The position numbers were made by a program, and so were the translations under genes. Shown here one piece after another: positions 26,961 through 38,460 of a stretch of 64,000 bases of DNA. Below the pieces are notes generated by a model. That model was not told where the DNA came from and made no database searches. It saw only the letters and a program-made list of their open reading frames with translations. The DNA comes from Camelus dromedarius (lineage: Eukaryota). Location: NCBI RefSeq assembly GCF_036321535.1, contig NC_087436.1:62560001-62624000 (forward strand). Direction: 5' to 3'. The stretch's first letter is position 1, and each line of letters begins with the position of its first letter.

Positions 26961-27269
26961 TATTTTTTCACTTCAGTAAACAGCAGTTCTGTGTATCCAG
27001 TTGTAGGGATTTTTTTGTGTTTTGTTCCCTTGTACATCCTGAGTGCCATAAAGGGTGCTTGATAAATATTTGCAGTTAAAGAAATGAATTTGAAATTTTG
27101 CTTTGCACGAGAACTAATATGCAAATCCATTCATCTTTCTTTTGAATTAGCATTGTGTTCCTTCATCTGTACTTGTCTTAATGCATTCTGACAACTGTCC
27201 AGTTGTTGCTATTTGTTTTGACCATTCTATTCAGATTTTTTTTTACAGACTGCATATAGCTCTTTGGCT

Positions 27270-27490
27270 GGAGGAATTAAATTTTCAGTTATCTGTACAT
27301 AGGTTTGAATTCCAAATTTATAGTGTAATTTGGACAATTTGCTTAATGTTTATGAACATTTGTTTTATTTATAAAATAGGAAATTATTTTATCAGGTAAT
27401 TTCTGTAATGAGTAAACAAAATATGTTAACAAGAGTTAACAAGAAAATACCAAGAAACTATTCAATAAATGGAACGTATTATTATCATTA
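27270..27490 (+). mobile_element. Decayed MIR
   Basis: ggtttgaattccaaat, tttataaaataggaa and the tail aataaatggaacgtattattatc. Confidence 0.45.
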
Positions 27491-27507
27491 ACAGTAGCAT
27501 TATTATT

Positions 27508-28548
27508 TTATACATTTTAATTGAAGTATAGTTGATGTATAATACTGTACCAGTCCTTACAGGTGTACAGTATAGTGGTTCACAATTTTTAAAGGTCATA
27601 CTCCATCTATAGTTATGAAATGTTGGCTATATTCCCTATATTGTACAATATATCCTTGTAGCTTATTTTATACATAATAGTTTGTAGCTCTTAATCCCCT
27701 ACCCGTATGTTGTGCCTCCCCCATTCCCTCTCCCCACTGGTACAGATTACTTTGTTCTCTATATCTGTGAGTCTGTTTCTTTTTTGTTATGTTCACTGGT
27801 TTGATGTAATTGTTAGAGTCCACGTATAAGTGATACCATACATTGTTTGTCTTTCTCTGTCTGACTTATTTCACTTAGCATAATACCCTCCAAATCCATG
27901 ATGTTGTTGCAAATGGCAAAATTTCATTCTTTCTCATGGCTGAGTAGTATTCCACTGTGTGTATATATCTATCTCTATATATAGATATATGGATATATAC
28001 CATATCTTCTTTATCAAGTCATCTGTTGATGGACACTTAAGTTGCTTCTTTATCTTTGCAATTGTAAATAATGCTACTATTGGAGTACATGTATCTTTTT
28101 GAATTAGTGTTTTTGTTTCTTTTGGATATAGACCCAGGAGTGGGTTATATGGTAGTTCTATTTTCAGTTTTTTGAGAAACTTCCATCCTGTTTTCCACAG
28201 TAGCTGCACCAATTCACATTCTTGCCAACGGTGTACAAGGGTTCCCTTTTCTCCACATCCTCACCAACATTTGTTATTTGTGTTCTTTTTGATGATAGCC
28301 ATTCTGACAGGTGTGAGGTGATACCTCATTGTGGTTTTGGTTTGTATTTCCCTGTTGATTAGTTATGTTGAGCATCCTTTCCTGTGTCTGTTGGCCATCT
28401 GCAAAAGACAAACTACTGCGTGGGAGAAAATACTTGCAAATGATATGACTGATAAGGGGTTAATGTCTTAGATATATAAACAGCTCATACAACCCAATAT
28501 CAAAAAAACAAACAACCCATTAAAAATTAGGCAGAAGACCAGAACACA
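27508..28548 (-). mobile_element. 5'-truncated, 5'-inverted L1 (minus-strand 3' part 27508-28400; inverted + strand part 28401-28548)
   Basis: ORF 27934-28212 is the ORF2 C-terminus ([21 protein letters not shown]). The strand switches at ggccatctg|caaaagac. Candidate TSD cattattatt / cattattgtt. Confidence 0.85.
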
Positions 28549-28807
28549 CATTATTGTTATTCTGGGGATGTAATTTTCCCATGGTGATGAACAGAAAAAC
28601 ATACCTCTTCCCAAGTAATTTTCTAAATGTTAGTCATCAAATTAATATTTTTAATAAAAAGATAATACTTCAGATATCTCATCAAAATCTTAAACCTATA
28701 GGGAGAATGTTGCATAAATTATGTAGAATATATCTGGAATTATTTAAGAATGCTCTTAAACACCAGGGTTTGTGACTCTGCACAATTAAGAAAAAAAAAT
28801 CTAATAG

Positions 28808-29830
28808 ATTTGCAAAAGATGAGTCTGATAAGGACTTAATTTTCAGAATATACAAACAGCTCATACAACTTAAAAAAAAAAAATCCAGAAAGGAATTTTA
28901 GGCAGAAGACCTAAACAAGCAATTCTCCAATGAAGACATACAAATGGCCAATGAGCACATGAAAAAAAATGCTCAATATCACAAGTTACCAGAAAAATGC
29001 AAATCAAAACTACAATGAGGTATCATCTCACACCAGTCAGAATGGCCATCATTCAAAAGTCCACAAATAATAAATGCTGGAGAGGGTGTGGAGAAAAGGG
29101 AACCCTCCCACATTGTTGGTGGGAATGTAGTTTGGTGCAGCCATTACAGAAAACAGATTGGAGATTCCTCAAAAGGCTAAAAATAGACTTATCATATGAT
29201 CTAGCAATCCCAATCCTGGGCATATATCCAGAGAGAACTTTAATTTGAAAAGATACCTGCACCCCAGTGTTCATAGAAGTGCTGTTTACACTAGCCAAGA
29301 CATGGAAACAACCTAAGTGTCCATCAACAGGTGACTGGATAAAGAAGTTGTGGTATATTTACATAATGGAATACTATTCAGCCATAAAGAATAATATATA
29401 ATGCCATCTGCAGCAACATGATGGACCTGGAGATTGTCATTCAAAGTGAAATAAGCCAGAAAGAGAAAGAAAAATACCATATATCACTTATATGTGGAAT
29501 CTGAAAAAAGACAAATGAACTTATTTACAAAACAGAAACTGACTCACAGACATAGAAAACAAACTTATGATTACTAGAGGGGGAAGGGGATGGGAAGGGA
29601 TAAATTGAGAATTTGAGGTTTGCAGATACTATCTACTATAGCTAAAATAGATAAACAACAAGTCTATACTGTACAGCATAGGGAGCTATATTCAATATCT
29701 TGTGGTAACCTATAATGAAAAAGAATATGAAAACGAATACATGTATGGATATGTATGACTGAACTATTATGCTGTACACCAGATATTGACACAGCATTGT
29801 AAAGTTACTATACTTAAATAAAAAAGGAAG
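28808..29830 (+). mobile_element. Relatively young 5'-truncated L1: ORF2 C-terminus, 3' UTR and A-rich tail
   Basis: ORF 28997-29248 [19 protein letters not shown]...[18 protein letters not shown] retains the CX3CX7HX4C cysteine-rich motif. AATAAA and an A-rich tail lie at about 29817-29839. Confidence 0.92.
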
Positions 29831-32800
29831 GAAAAAAAACATATAACAGCCTTTGGATATTTTTATTCATTCAGCTAAAAGAATTTCATGGAAATTTAAT
29901 ATTAAAAAATTTTCTTTATTGATATTTGATTTCTTTTCCTTTTTACACCACAAGGGTATTTTCTTAATTAAAGTAATATAATCGAAATTATTGAAGACAT
30001 TATATCACAGCTCATTTATATCCTTCTGCCAAATTCATCCCTGTCACTTAGCTGTCTTTCACGTCCCATGACTTTATAACTATTGTATAACCACAATTCA
30101 AATGGAGAAATTTATAAACTTGCTCTGTTGGACCTCAGTCTTAATTGTGAACTGAATTGTCACAGGGCATTTTCTTTGACTTTCGGCTAATTGAACTCAC
30201 TCACCCTTGACACAAAAGACTAGCAGTCTTGATCCTTGATTGTCTATAAAATCCCAGGAACCTCTCTACTCTAAAAGCACTTTTTTTTATTGATAAGCTG
30301 TTTTCACAGCGGCCATTCTGATTAAATATAACCTGTTTGCAGGGAAGAATTCCTTCACTATCTCTCCACTGGCAGAAGAGTTTTGCTGTCAATACAAAAA
30401 AAAAAAAAAATAAGTTGCAGAAATGTGGATGGAAGGTTAAAAACTTTCAAATAAGACAGAGGTGAGTTAAGAAATTGGGAGAATTACACCTCAAAGAAAA
30501 ACACTTAAATCAAGGTGCCATCATTTCATCTCTGACTAGATACACCAATTATCAAATTCTTCACCACTCTGTTAGAGAGAAGAAATCTGAGCTTCTTCAC
30601 TTACTAGCTCAGGGAACTTAAGGTGCAGTTTTCCTAAGTTCAATTTTCTTATTTACGCTATACGTTTTTCCAACTCATAGAGCTAATTCTAAATTATGAT
30701 TATTGATTACTTGGTTAAGGACTTTTGAGTATTTCAGTTTTCAGTGACACTCTCATTACTGACCTCTCATTTGCATGTTACTACTAAGCTTTACCAATGT
30801 TCCTGCCCCATTTAACCTCCTTCTTTCACTGAAGAGGAAGTTTGTTGTTGTTGTTGTTGTTATTTTGGAAGGGGAGACTTTGACTTGACCTTCTGGTAAG
30901 AGCAGAGAAACAACCCTGAAAAGATTGTCCTAAAATCTCCATATAGGGGAGCTAAGTTTGGTAGAAAAAGCACATCAGCCAAATGGGTCCAGATGGGTCC
31001 AAAGGGCAGAGTGGCTTGAAGCCAAGAGAAATAGCAGAGTCATTAATGGCTAGTAATTTATATTAAAATTTAATAATAAGTATATATCAAAGTCAATTTC
31101 AAGTTTGGCATAATGCAAGTAATGAGTTTATATTTTTATTCCAAATATATTAAACATTAAATCCATTGTTTTTCCTATTAATTGTGAACTCTTTTAAAAT
31201 GAAATACTGGCATTTATAACAATGTTTTAATATTACACATAATATGTACCAAAGCATCTACATTCTCATTTGGTCATATACTACAGGTTTGAGATTAGGT
31301 ATGTGTAAATTTGTCTTACTACTTTTCAAATTATAACATTGTGTATAGATGCAGTATTTGCCTTCTACTCAGTAGTCTGGTTTCAAATATTTTTCATGAA
31401 TGTAAATATTTGGGTTAATTCAGACTAAAGTGCAAAATTTGCTTCTTTTAGGAATACTTGAACTTTAAATATGGTTCATTCCAGATGTCAAGGCTAGTTG
31501 TCTAATGACATCTTACAAATTGTGTTATATATGATTGGTCAAGCATTTTTAATGAATGAAAAATTCCACAGTTTTCATTAAGTTAAATTTGGTAGGAAAT
31601 AGGTACTACTCTTTTTATACTTAAAGATGGTCTTACATTTTATTCAATAAGAAATAGAGATAATATTTCATCAAAGGTCATTATTGATACTCTGTAAATT
31701 ATAATGATTAATTTTACTTCATTAGACACATCTTGATTACTTTTGTAGAGCCTCCTTCATATTATAGTGAGAAGCACAAAGTCTTAGGATTCATTTGATG
31801 CTAATCAAATCTGTACCAGTGATATTTATTCTAAAAAGAATAATTTTCAGATAAGGAGAATTTATTCTTTATTTTCATTTTCAAGTAGCTATAATGTTAC
31901 CTCCTCTGTCCCTTCTAATCTATCTATCATCCCAATAGACGATTTCCTCAAGTTCATGAAAAGCTATTTCTCACTAAGGAGACCAAAGGAAAGACCCACA
32001 TTGACTTTATCATACAACTTCTGTTTGCTCGTGTTGTAGGAAGAAAGTGTACAGCTACTTTTAAAAAATGAACTTGAAACAGGCAGAGGTTTATAAACAG
32101 ATAGTTGGTGAACTGGCCTCAGGATAAAGGACTCTGAAAATGTTTTTAGGGAATTCTTTCCCAGCACGGTTACTTAGACTTTTACTTTCATCTGAGGTGC
32201 AGCTGGTCATAACAAAGGCAATCACAGCCAAGCCTCTGGGGTTCCCTTTCTCTGTCGTCACAATTGGCAGCCTGCTGAGTGAAATATCAATGCACTGAAC
32301 CGTGTCAGGGCAATGAGCATAATGATAGTGACTCAGTGGTATAAATGAGGTTAATAACTGTGAGAAAGTGGAGCTTTGTTCTCACATCCTTTGCATTTTC
32401 TTCTCTGTGCAGTGTAGCTCTTTAGAAATATTGCCTGTCCATGGAGAGCTAATGGCTCTCGTCATAAAGCTAATACACTGTGCTTCAGTAGTCTTGGAAC
32501 TCATTTCTGAAGTCACACTAATCTGCCTTTCCTCTGCTATGTTTTGTTTTTGCTCCTGAAAGATTTTCTTTTTCCCTAAGACTTCAAGCTGAGCGTAAAG
32601 CTTTTCTGCTGCTGCTTATGCCATTTCTAATCAGGGGTGACACTTTTGTTTTCAGAGACTATTTTTTTGTAATTTCAATTTTTTAATACACAGAGAAGCA
32701 TCTAGGGAAGTAAATAAAGGGAATTTTGAAAATGTCACAGCCCTGCTGTAATACCGCCTGTGTGGCATCCACAGGCACTCTCCCTTCCCTTCTCTCTCCC

Positions 32801-33304
32801 CATTTCCTGACCCTCCGCATCTCGGAGGGAAGCTTGCTGTCTGGGGCTCTTGCTTACTCCCTGCATTCTGTCTATCTGACTAGCTACATTGAGGATACCG
32901 AGTCTCATGATAGACTAAGAAACTGTATAAATACGTACTTTTTTTTTTAGTTGCCAGGGATTACCTAAGGCAGCTGGATCCATTTGATTGTTTTCTGCAG
33001 CAATATGACCCTTGTAATAGGATTTACAAAAATTTATTATTGTTATTGTTGTTATTGTTGTTTGCTCATGCCCATTGTTTGGCTTTCCTCTCCTACTCCT
33101 ATGTGCTGAAGCATTTAGGGAGTGAAACGAAGCAATACTGAAGGGAAATCAAATCACAAAAATGAAAAAAAAAATGGACTTCTAACATACATCACACTGA
33201 CTGAAACAGGCTCAGCCATGAGCTTGTACCCTTCCCTCTTGGTAGCCTTTTCCTTTTCAGCGCTTTTGTTTCTTAAAATGCTTGTAGTAATGTCACAGTA
33301 GTAG

Positions 33305-33790
33305 TTATAAGGTTGTATAGTGCTTCCGACATGCCAGGCTCTGCTTTTACATATATTAACTTCTGGAAAGTAGATAGTATTATGAGCTTCCCTTTACAGA
33401 AGAGACCAATCAAATAATCTGCTTCAAAGTGGTTCCACAATTTGCACCGAGAGATCAAGTAATTTGCTTGAGGTTGCATAGCTAATAGGTATTTACGTAG
33501 AATTTAGGAACAGAAGTAAGAGCATCAATTATGGTCAGTTAAGTCTAGTTTGAGGCACAATTTTACTACTTAATACTTTACCATGGTGAGAATAATAATT
33601 TGCCCCTTAAGCCTCAACTTCTTTATTGGTAAAGTGAAGTTACTGACCTTGATCTAATTATGATTTGATGAGGATTAAACATAAGAAACATATAGATACC
33701 CTCCTATTTTTCTGATGGGAGAAACAGTGCACATGGAGATTAAATGGCATGCATGGATATAGAGCATGAAAGAGTGAAGCTAGTGCCTGA
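33305..33790. mobile_element. Cluster of MIR fragments in mixed orientation
   Basis: acatgccaggctctgcttttacatatattaac, aagtaatttgcttgagg, gcctcaacttctttattggtaaagtg and tgggagaaacagtgcacatggagattaaat. Confidence 0.6.
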
Positions 33791-33943
33791 ATGATATTTT
33801 TCCTATGTCCATACCTTCCACGCCCTCGGCCAATACAATTATCCTCTCCAGGTATCCCCGTTCTTTGCCCCTCCACCTAGTGTCTGCTCTCCTCTTGGGA
33901 GCCGTTGATATGAATATTCTGTCACTCCCATCAGTATTGAAAC

Positions 33944-36190
33944 TTGCTATTTTCCATGATGACTGCACCATTTTATATTCCCACCAACAGTAAGTGTACA
34001 TAAGGGTTCCAGCAGGATAGAAGTATTTCTCTATATCCTTGCCGAACCATATTACCTCTCTCTTTTTTTTTTTTATAATAGTCATCCTAACAGGTGTGAA
34101 GTGCTATCTCATTGTAGTTTTGAATTGCATTTCCCAGACAATTAATGATGTCGAGCATCTTTCATATACCTGTTGACCATTTATATATCTTCTTTGGAGA
34201 AATGTCTGTCAAGTCCTTTGCCCATTTTTTAATCAAGTTATTAGTTGTTTTTTGTCTGAGTTGTAGGAGTTCCTTTCATATATTAAATATTAACCCCTTA
34301 ACAGATACATGGTTTGCAAATATTTTTTCTGAGTCCATAGATTACATTTTCACTCTTGATTATTTTCTTTGTTGTGCAGAAGGTTTTTAATTTGATGTAG
34401 TCCCACCTGTTTTTGCTTTTTGTTGCTTGTGACTTCGGTGTCACTATTCAAGAAAGTATTGCCAAGACTAAGGTCCCACTTTTTGTCCTCTATGTTTTCT
34501 TTTAAGAGTTTTATAGTTTCAGGTCTTATATATAAGTTTTAGTCCATTTTGAGTTTTTTATTTATTTATTTTTGGCATGGCATTAGAGTACAGTTTCATT
34601 CTTTTGCATATGTATATCCAATTTTCCCAACAACATTTATTGAAGAGACTATCCTTTCCCCATTTTGTATTCTTGGCATTCTTGTCAAAAATCAGTTGGT
34701 CATATATACATGGATTTATTTCTGGGCTCTCTAATCTGTTCATTGACTTATGTGTCTGTTTTATGCCAGTACTGTTTTCGTTTTGTACTATAGCTTTGTA
34801 ATACAGTTTGAAATCAAGACATGTGGTGCCTCCAGCTTTGTTCTTCTTTCTCAAGATAGCTTCAGATGTTTGAAGTCTATTGTATTCCCATATGAATTTT
34901 AAGATTAGTTTTTTCTTGTCTATAAAAATTGCTATTGAGATTTTATAGGAATTTCATTGAATTCATAGGTTTCTTTGGGTAGTATAGACATTTTAAAATA
35001 TCACTTTTTCTAATCTATTAACATTGGATTTCTTTCTATTTTTTATGTCTTTAATTTCTTTCATCAATATTTTGCAGATTTCAGTTTACAAGGTTTTCTC
35101 CTGCTTGGTTAAGATGTTTTAAGATTTTTATTCTTTTTTGATGCTATTGTAAATGGGACTGTTTTATTAATTTCCTATTCAGATAGTTAATTATTAATAT
35201 ACGGAAACTCAGCTGAATTTGAATGTTGATTTGGTATCCTGTAACTCCACTGAATTTGTTTATTAAAACAGAGTTTTTATGTGTGTGAAGTCTTTAGAGT
35301 TTTTTACATATGAGATAATGTCATCTGCCAACAGAGATAATATTTTTTTTCTTTTCTGATATGGTTGCCTTTTATTTCTTTCACTTGCCTAATTACTCTG
35401 GTTGGGACTTCCAGTACTATGTTCCACAACTATGTTGAGTAGAAGCGGTGAGAGTGGGCACCCTTGGTCTGTTTGGTCAAGCTCACCATTTAGTATGATA
35501 CTAACTGTTGACTTGTCATATATGGCCTTTATTATGTTGAGGTAAATTCCTAGTTTGTTGAGAGTTTTTATCATAGGAGGGTGAGAATTTTGTCAAATGC
35601 TTTTTCCTTCTCATAAAATTAAAAATAGAACTACCTATTATCCAGAAATCCTACTTCATGGTATAGCCAAAATATGTGAAATCAGGATCTCAGATATCCG
35701 TATTTCCATGGTCTCTGCAGCATTATTTCTTAAGCCAATATGTGGAAGCAACATAAATGGCCATCAGTGAATGATGGTTAAAGAAAATGTTGTATATAAA
35801 ACAATAAAATTACTATTTTTCAGTCTTAAAAAGAGAAGGAAATCCTGCCATGTGAGATAACATATACAAACTTGGAATGCATTATGCTAAGTGAAATAAG
35901 CCAGTTATAAAAGGACAAATACTGCATAATTCAACTTCTCTGAGGCATCTAAAATAGTCAAATTCATAGGTATGGGGAATAGAATTATGATTACCAGGGG
36001 CTGGAGGAAGGGGAAAATAGGGACAGGGGGAGTTTCTGTTCAGTGAGTACAAGCTTTCAGTTATGAAAGAAGAATAAGTTCTGGAGATCTGCTAACAGTA
36101 TGCTTATGGTTGACAATACTCTATTGTGTACTTAAAATTGTTGAGGGTAGATCTTATGTTAAATTTTTTTTTAACTACAATAAAAAAAAG
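33944..36190 (+). mobile_element. 5'-inverted L1 (L1MA/L1MB-like): inverted ORF2 segment 33944-35608 on the minus strand, ORF2 end plus 3' UTR 35609-36190 on the plus strand
   Basis: Minus ORFs 34558-34854 (KNKAGGTTCLDFKLYYKA) and 35389-35574 ([15 protein letters not shown]) are ORF2. The + strand resumes at aaaattaaaaatagaactacc and ends in aataaaaaaaa. Confidence 0.88.
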
Positions 36191-37379
36191 GAGAATAAAA
36201 AAATGTGCAACTGTGTATCTAGTCCCCTAAGAATCGGCTTGCTTTTTTTCATACCAAAGTTAATCTAAGCACTAAAGATTTGCCAAAAGTGAGGAATGTA
36301 AAGGACTTCAGGACTTCTTGGCTAACTATGAATTTTAATAGCATTTAATGACAGTGTCATTGATATCTGGTCCCATAATGTAGAAGTAGTAAGAACTTTG
36401 ACCTGGCAAGGAAGACACATTGCACCAGAAAACAGCTTGCTACACTTCTCCCTGAGATTGAATGCATTAATTGCCTCTTGCCTTGCCTACATGAAGTGCT
36501 CGGTACTGACCTTCAACAATGCTTTGAAAATGAGTATTAACGAAATAAATTGGTTAGCCCGTTATGTTCCTTTCTCAAAGAACTTTTAGAGATTTTGCTC
36601 AATTTAGAAACCTGATGAACAGACATCATTCAGGAAATAACTATAGTCTTAAGTTATTCTGATAAAGGGCCACTTTCATCTTCTTTAATTTTGTAATTCA
36701 GGATCATTAACATATTTCTCATTCTTCTTTATTGTTTCCCATGCATGTTCCATATAGAGCTTTAGAAACAAAACAGCCACCACAACAGCGAAGAGTATTC
36801 TAGACCTACTTGCTAGTTGCCAGACCAATTACACATTTCCCTGCTTCTTTCTGATCCATAGAGAATCCCTGTGTAAATCCAGTATATCCCTAGTTATACT
36901 TTAAGATTCACTTTCAAACAAGAAGTCCCCTAAACAGATGTATTTCAACCTCTTTGTTACACTTGCACTTTTTAAATCCCTGAATTATACAGCATTTTTA
37001 TATCATATTGTGACTTTGTTTTTTATTAATCTAGTTGAGATTATACAGCAATAAAATATTTAATAAGAACTTACCTGCCCTCCCCATACAGTATTCGGTT
37101 TGGTGGGCAATATGTGGTCTGAAATAGCCCAGATCCCAAAGGTGGTTCCAGTACACTTGGAAGAGGACCAGGAGGTGATCATAAGATAATATACTAAACT
37201 ATATATAACTACTAGTACAAGCTACCAAACCCAACATGCTGTCAATAATTTCTATGGAAGCTTCTCTGTCATTTCAGAAATGATGAAGAACAGGAACATG
37301 TAAGAATCTCTAAAATATTGGGAGATTTTAAAAAATTCTCTTCATAAGATGCCATGCCAGGCATGGATTATCTGGAGAG

Positions 37380-37725
37380 AATTAGGTCAGGATCTCTGGT
37401 TTGATGGAGTTGACTATGAAGCAAGGATGACAGACTGACAAACAGAAAGCACTTTTTCATGGTAAGTGCAATAATAAATAAATACACAGCAGGCTGGGAA
37501 CAGAGGGGAAGGGAATTTGACCTTCCTGGTGTTAGTAAGGTCAGAAAGAACATCCTCACAAAGATAATTGCATCATAGACACAGACAGCAGCTTGAGCAA
37601 AGGCACAGAGGTGAAATATCATGAAGTTTCCTTTGAGCTGCAAGCAAATTCCCATAACTGGAGTATAAAGGGCAAGACTAGCATGACAAGAGATAAAGCT
37701 GGGAATGTATAATGTGAGAAATTTC
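37380..37725 (-). mobile_element. L2 fragment
   Basis: ggagttgactatgaagc, ggtcagaaagaacatcctc and agcaaaggcacagaggtg. Confidence 0.55.
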
Positions 37726-38441
37726 TGCACAGAATAAATATGATGTTAGTCCTGCATTCTCTCAGATCAGACCTTGCACATTAGGGCAGGTGAATTAGGA
37801 GACTCCCTAAATCACTGACACTCATGAAAATAAATATTGCTGATAATTCTGTGATCACTCTTATAAGCTATAGAAACAATCCATATATTTACCCAATATG
37901 ATCTATCTGAAAACCCTGTGTCTTTTCCTATTAAGTACATTAAAATCTCTACTTTCCTACTCATGTCCTCTGACTAATGTGGGAAGAAGGCTGACAGAAG
38001 AAAGAAATGGAAGCCTCCTTAATATCTGGACATTTTCCTTTGTGCTTTCATCAACCTGACAAGTGTTGAGAGTGACTTTTGGTGAATAATGAACTTTTAG
38101 AAGAAATCTCTTACATTAGCGCTGCAAACTAGGAGGATGCTGTGGCTTCAGTTAATACTCAAATATTTGTTAATTTAAATAATTGTGGATAGAATATCAG
38201 ACCATTCACTTTTCATGTTTTGAGTAATTAAAACCATAATTGCACTTTTGTTATAAAACAAAATATTTCCTTTGCACTTTTTCATACTTCGTATTTCTCA
38301 GATTTGGTTATATTTGTAAATGAATGTCTCTATACCAGTGACTTGTTACTAAGTACAAGTTTCATAGTACACATTACAAAGTTTACAATGTTACTGGTGA
38401 TTCATCTAAAGAAACAATAGCAAACTCATCTCAGTTTTATT

Positions 38442-38460
38442 TGGTCAGCAGATGGCAGTG
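38442..38460 (+). promoter_or_regulatory. Candidate CTCF-binding site
   Basis: TGGTCAGCAGATGGCAGTG aligns to the CTCF consensus (CCASYAGRKGGCRS core) with one C>T change. It lies in apparently unique DNA. Confidence 0.5.
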
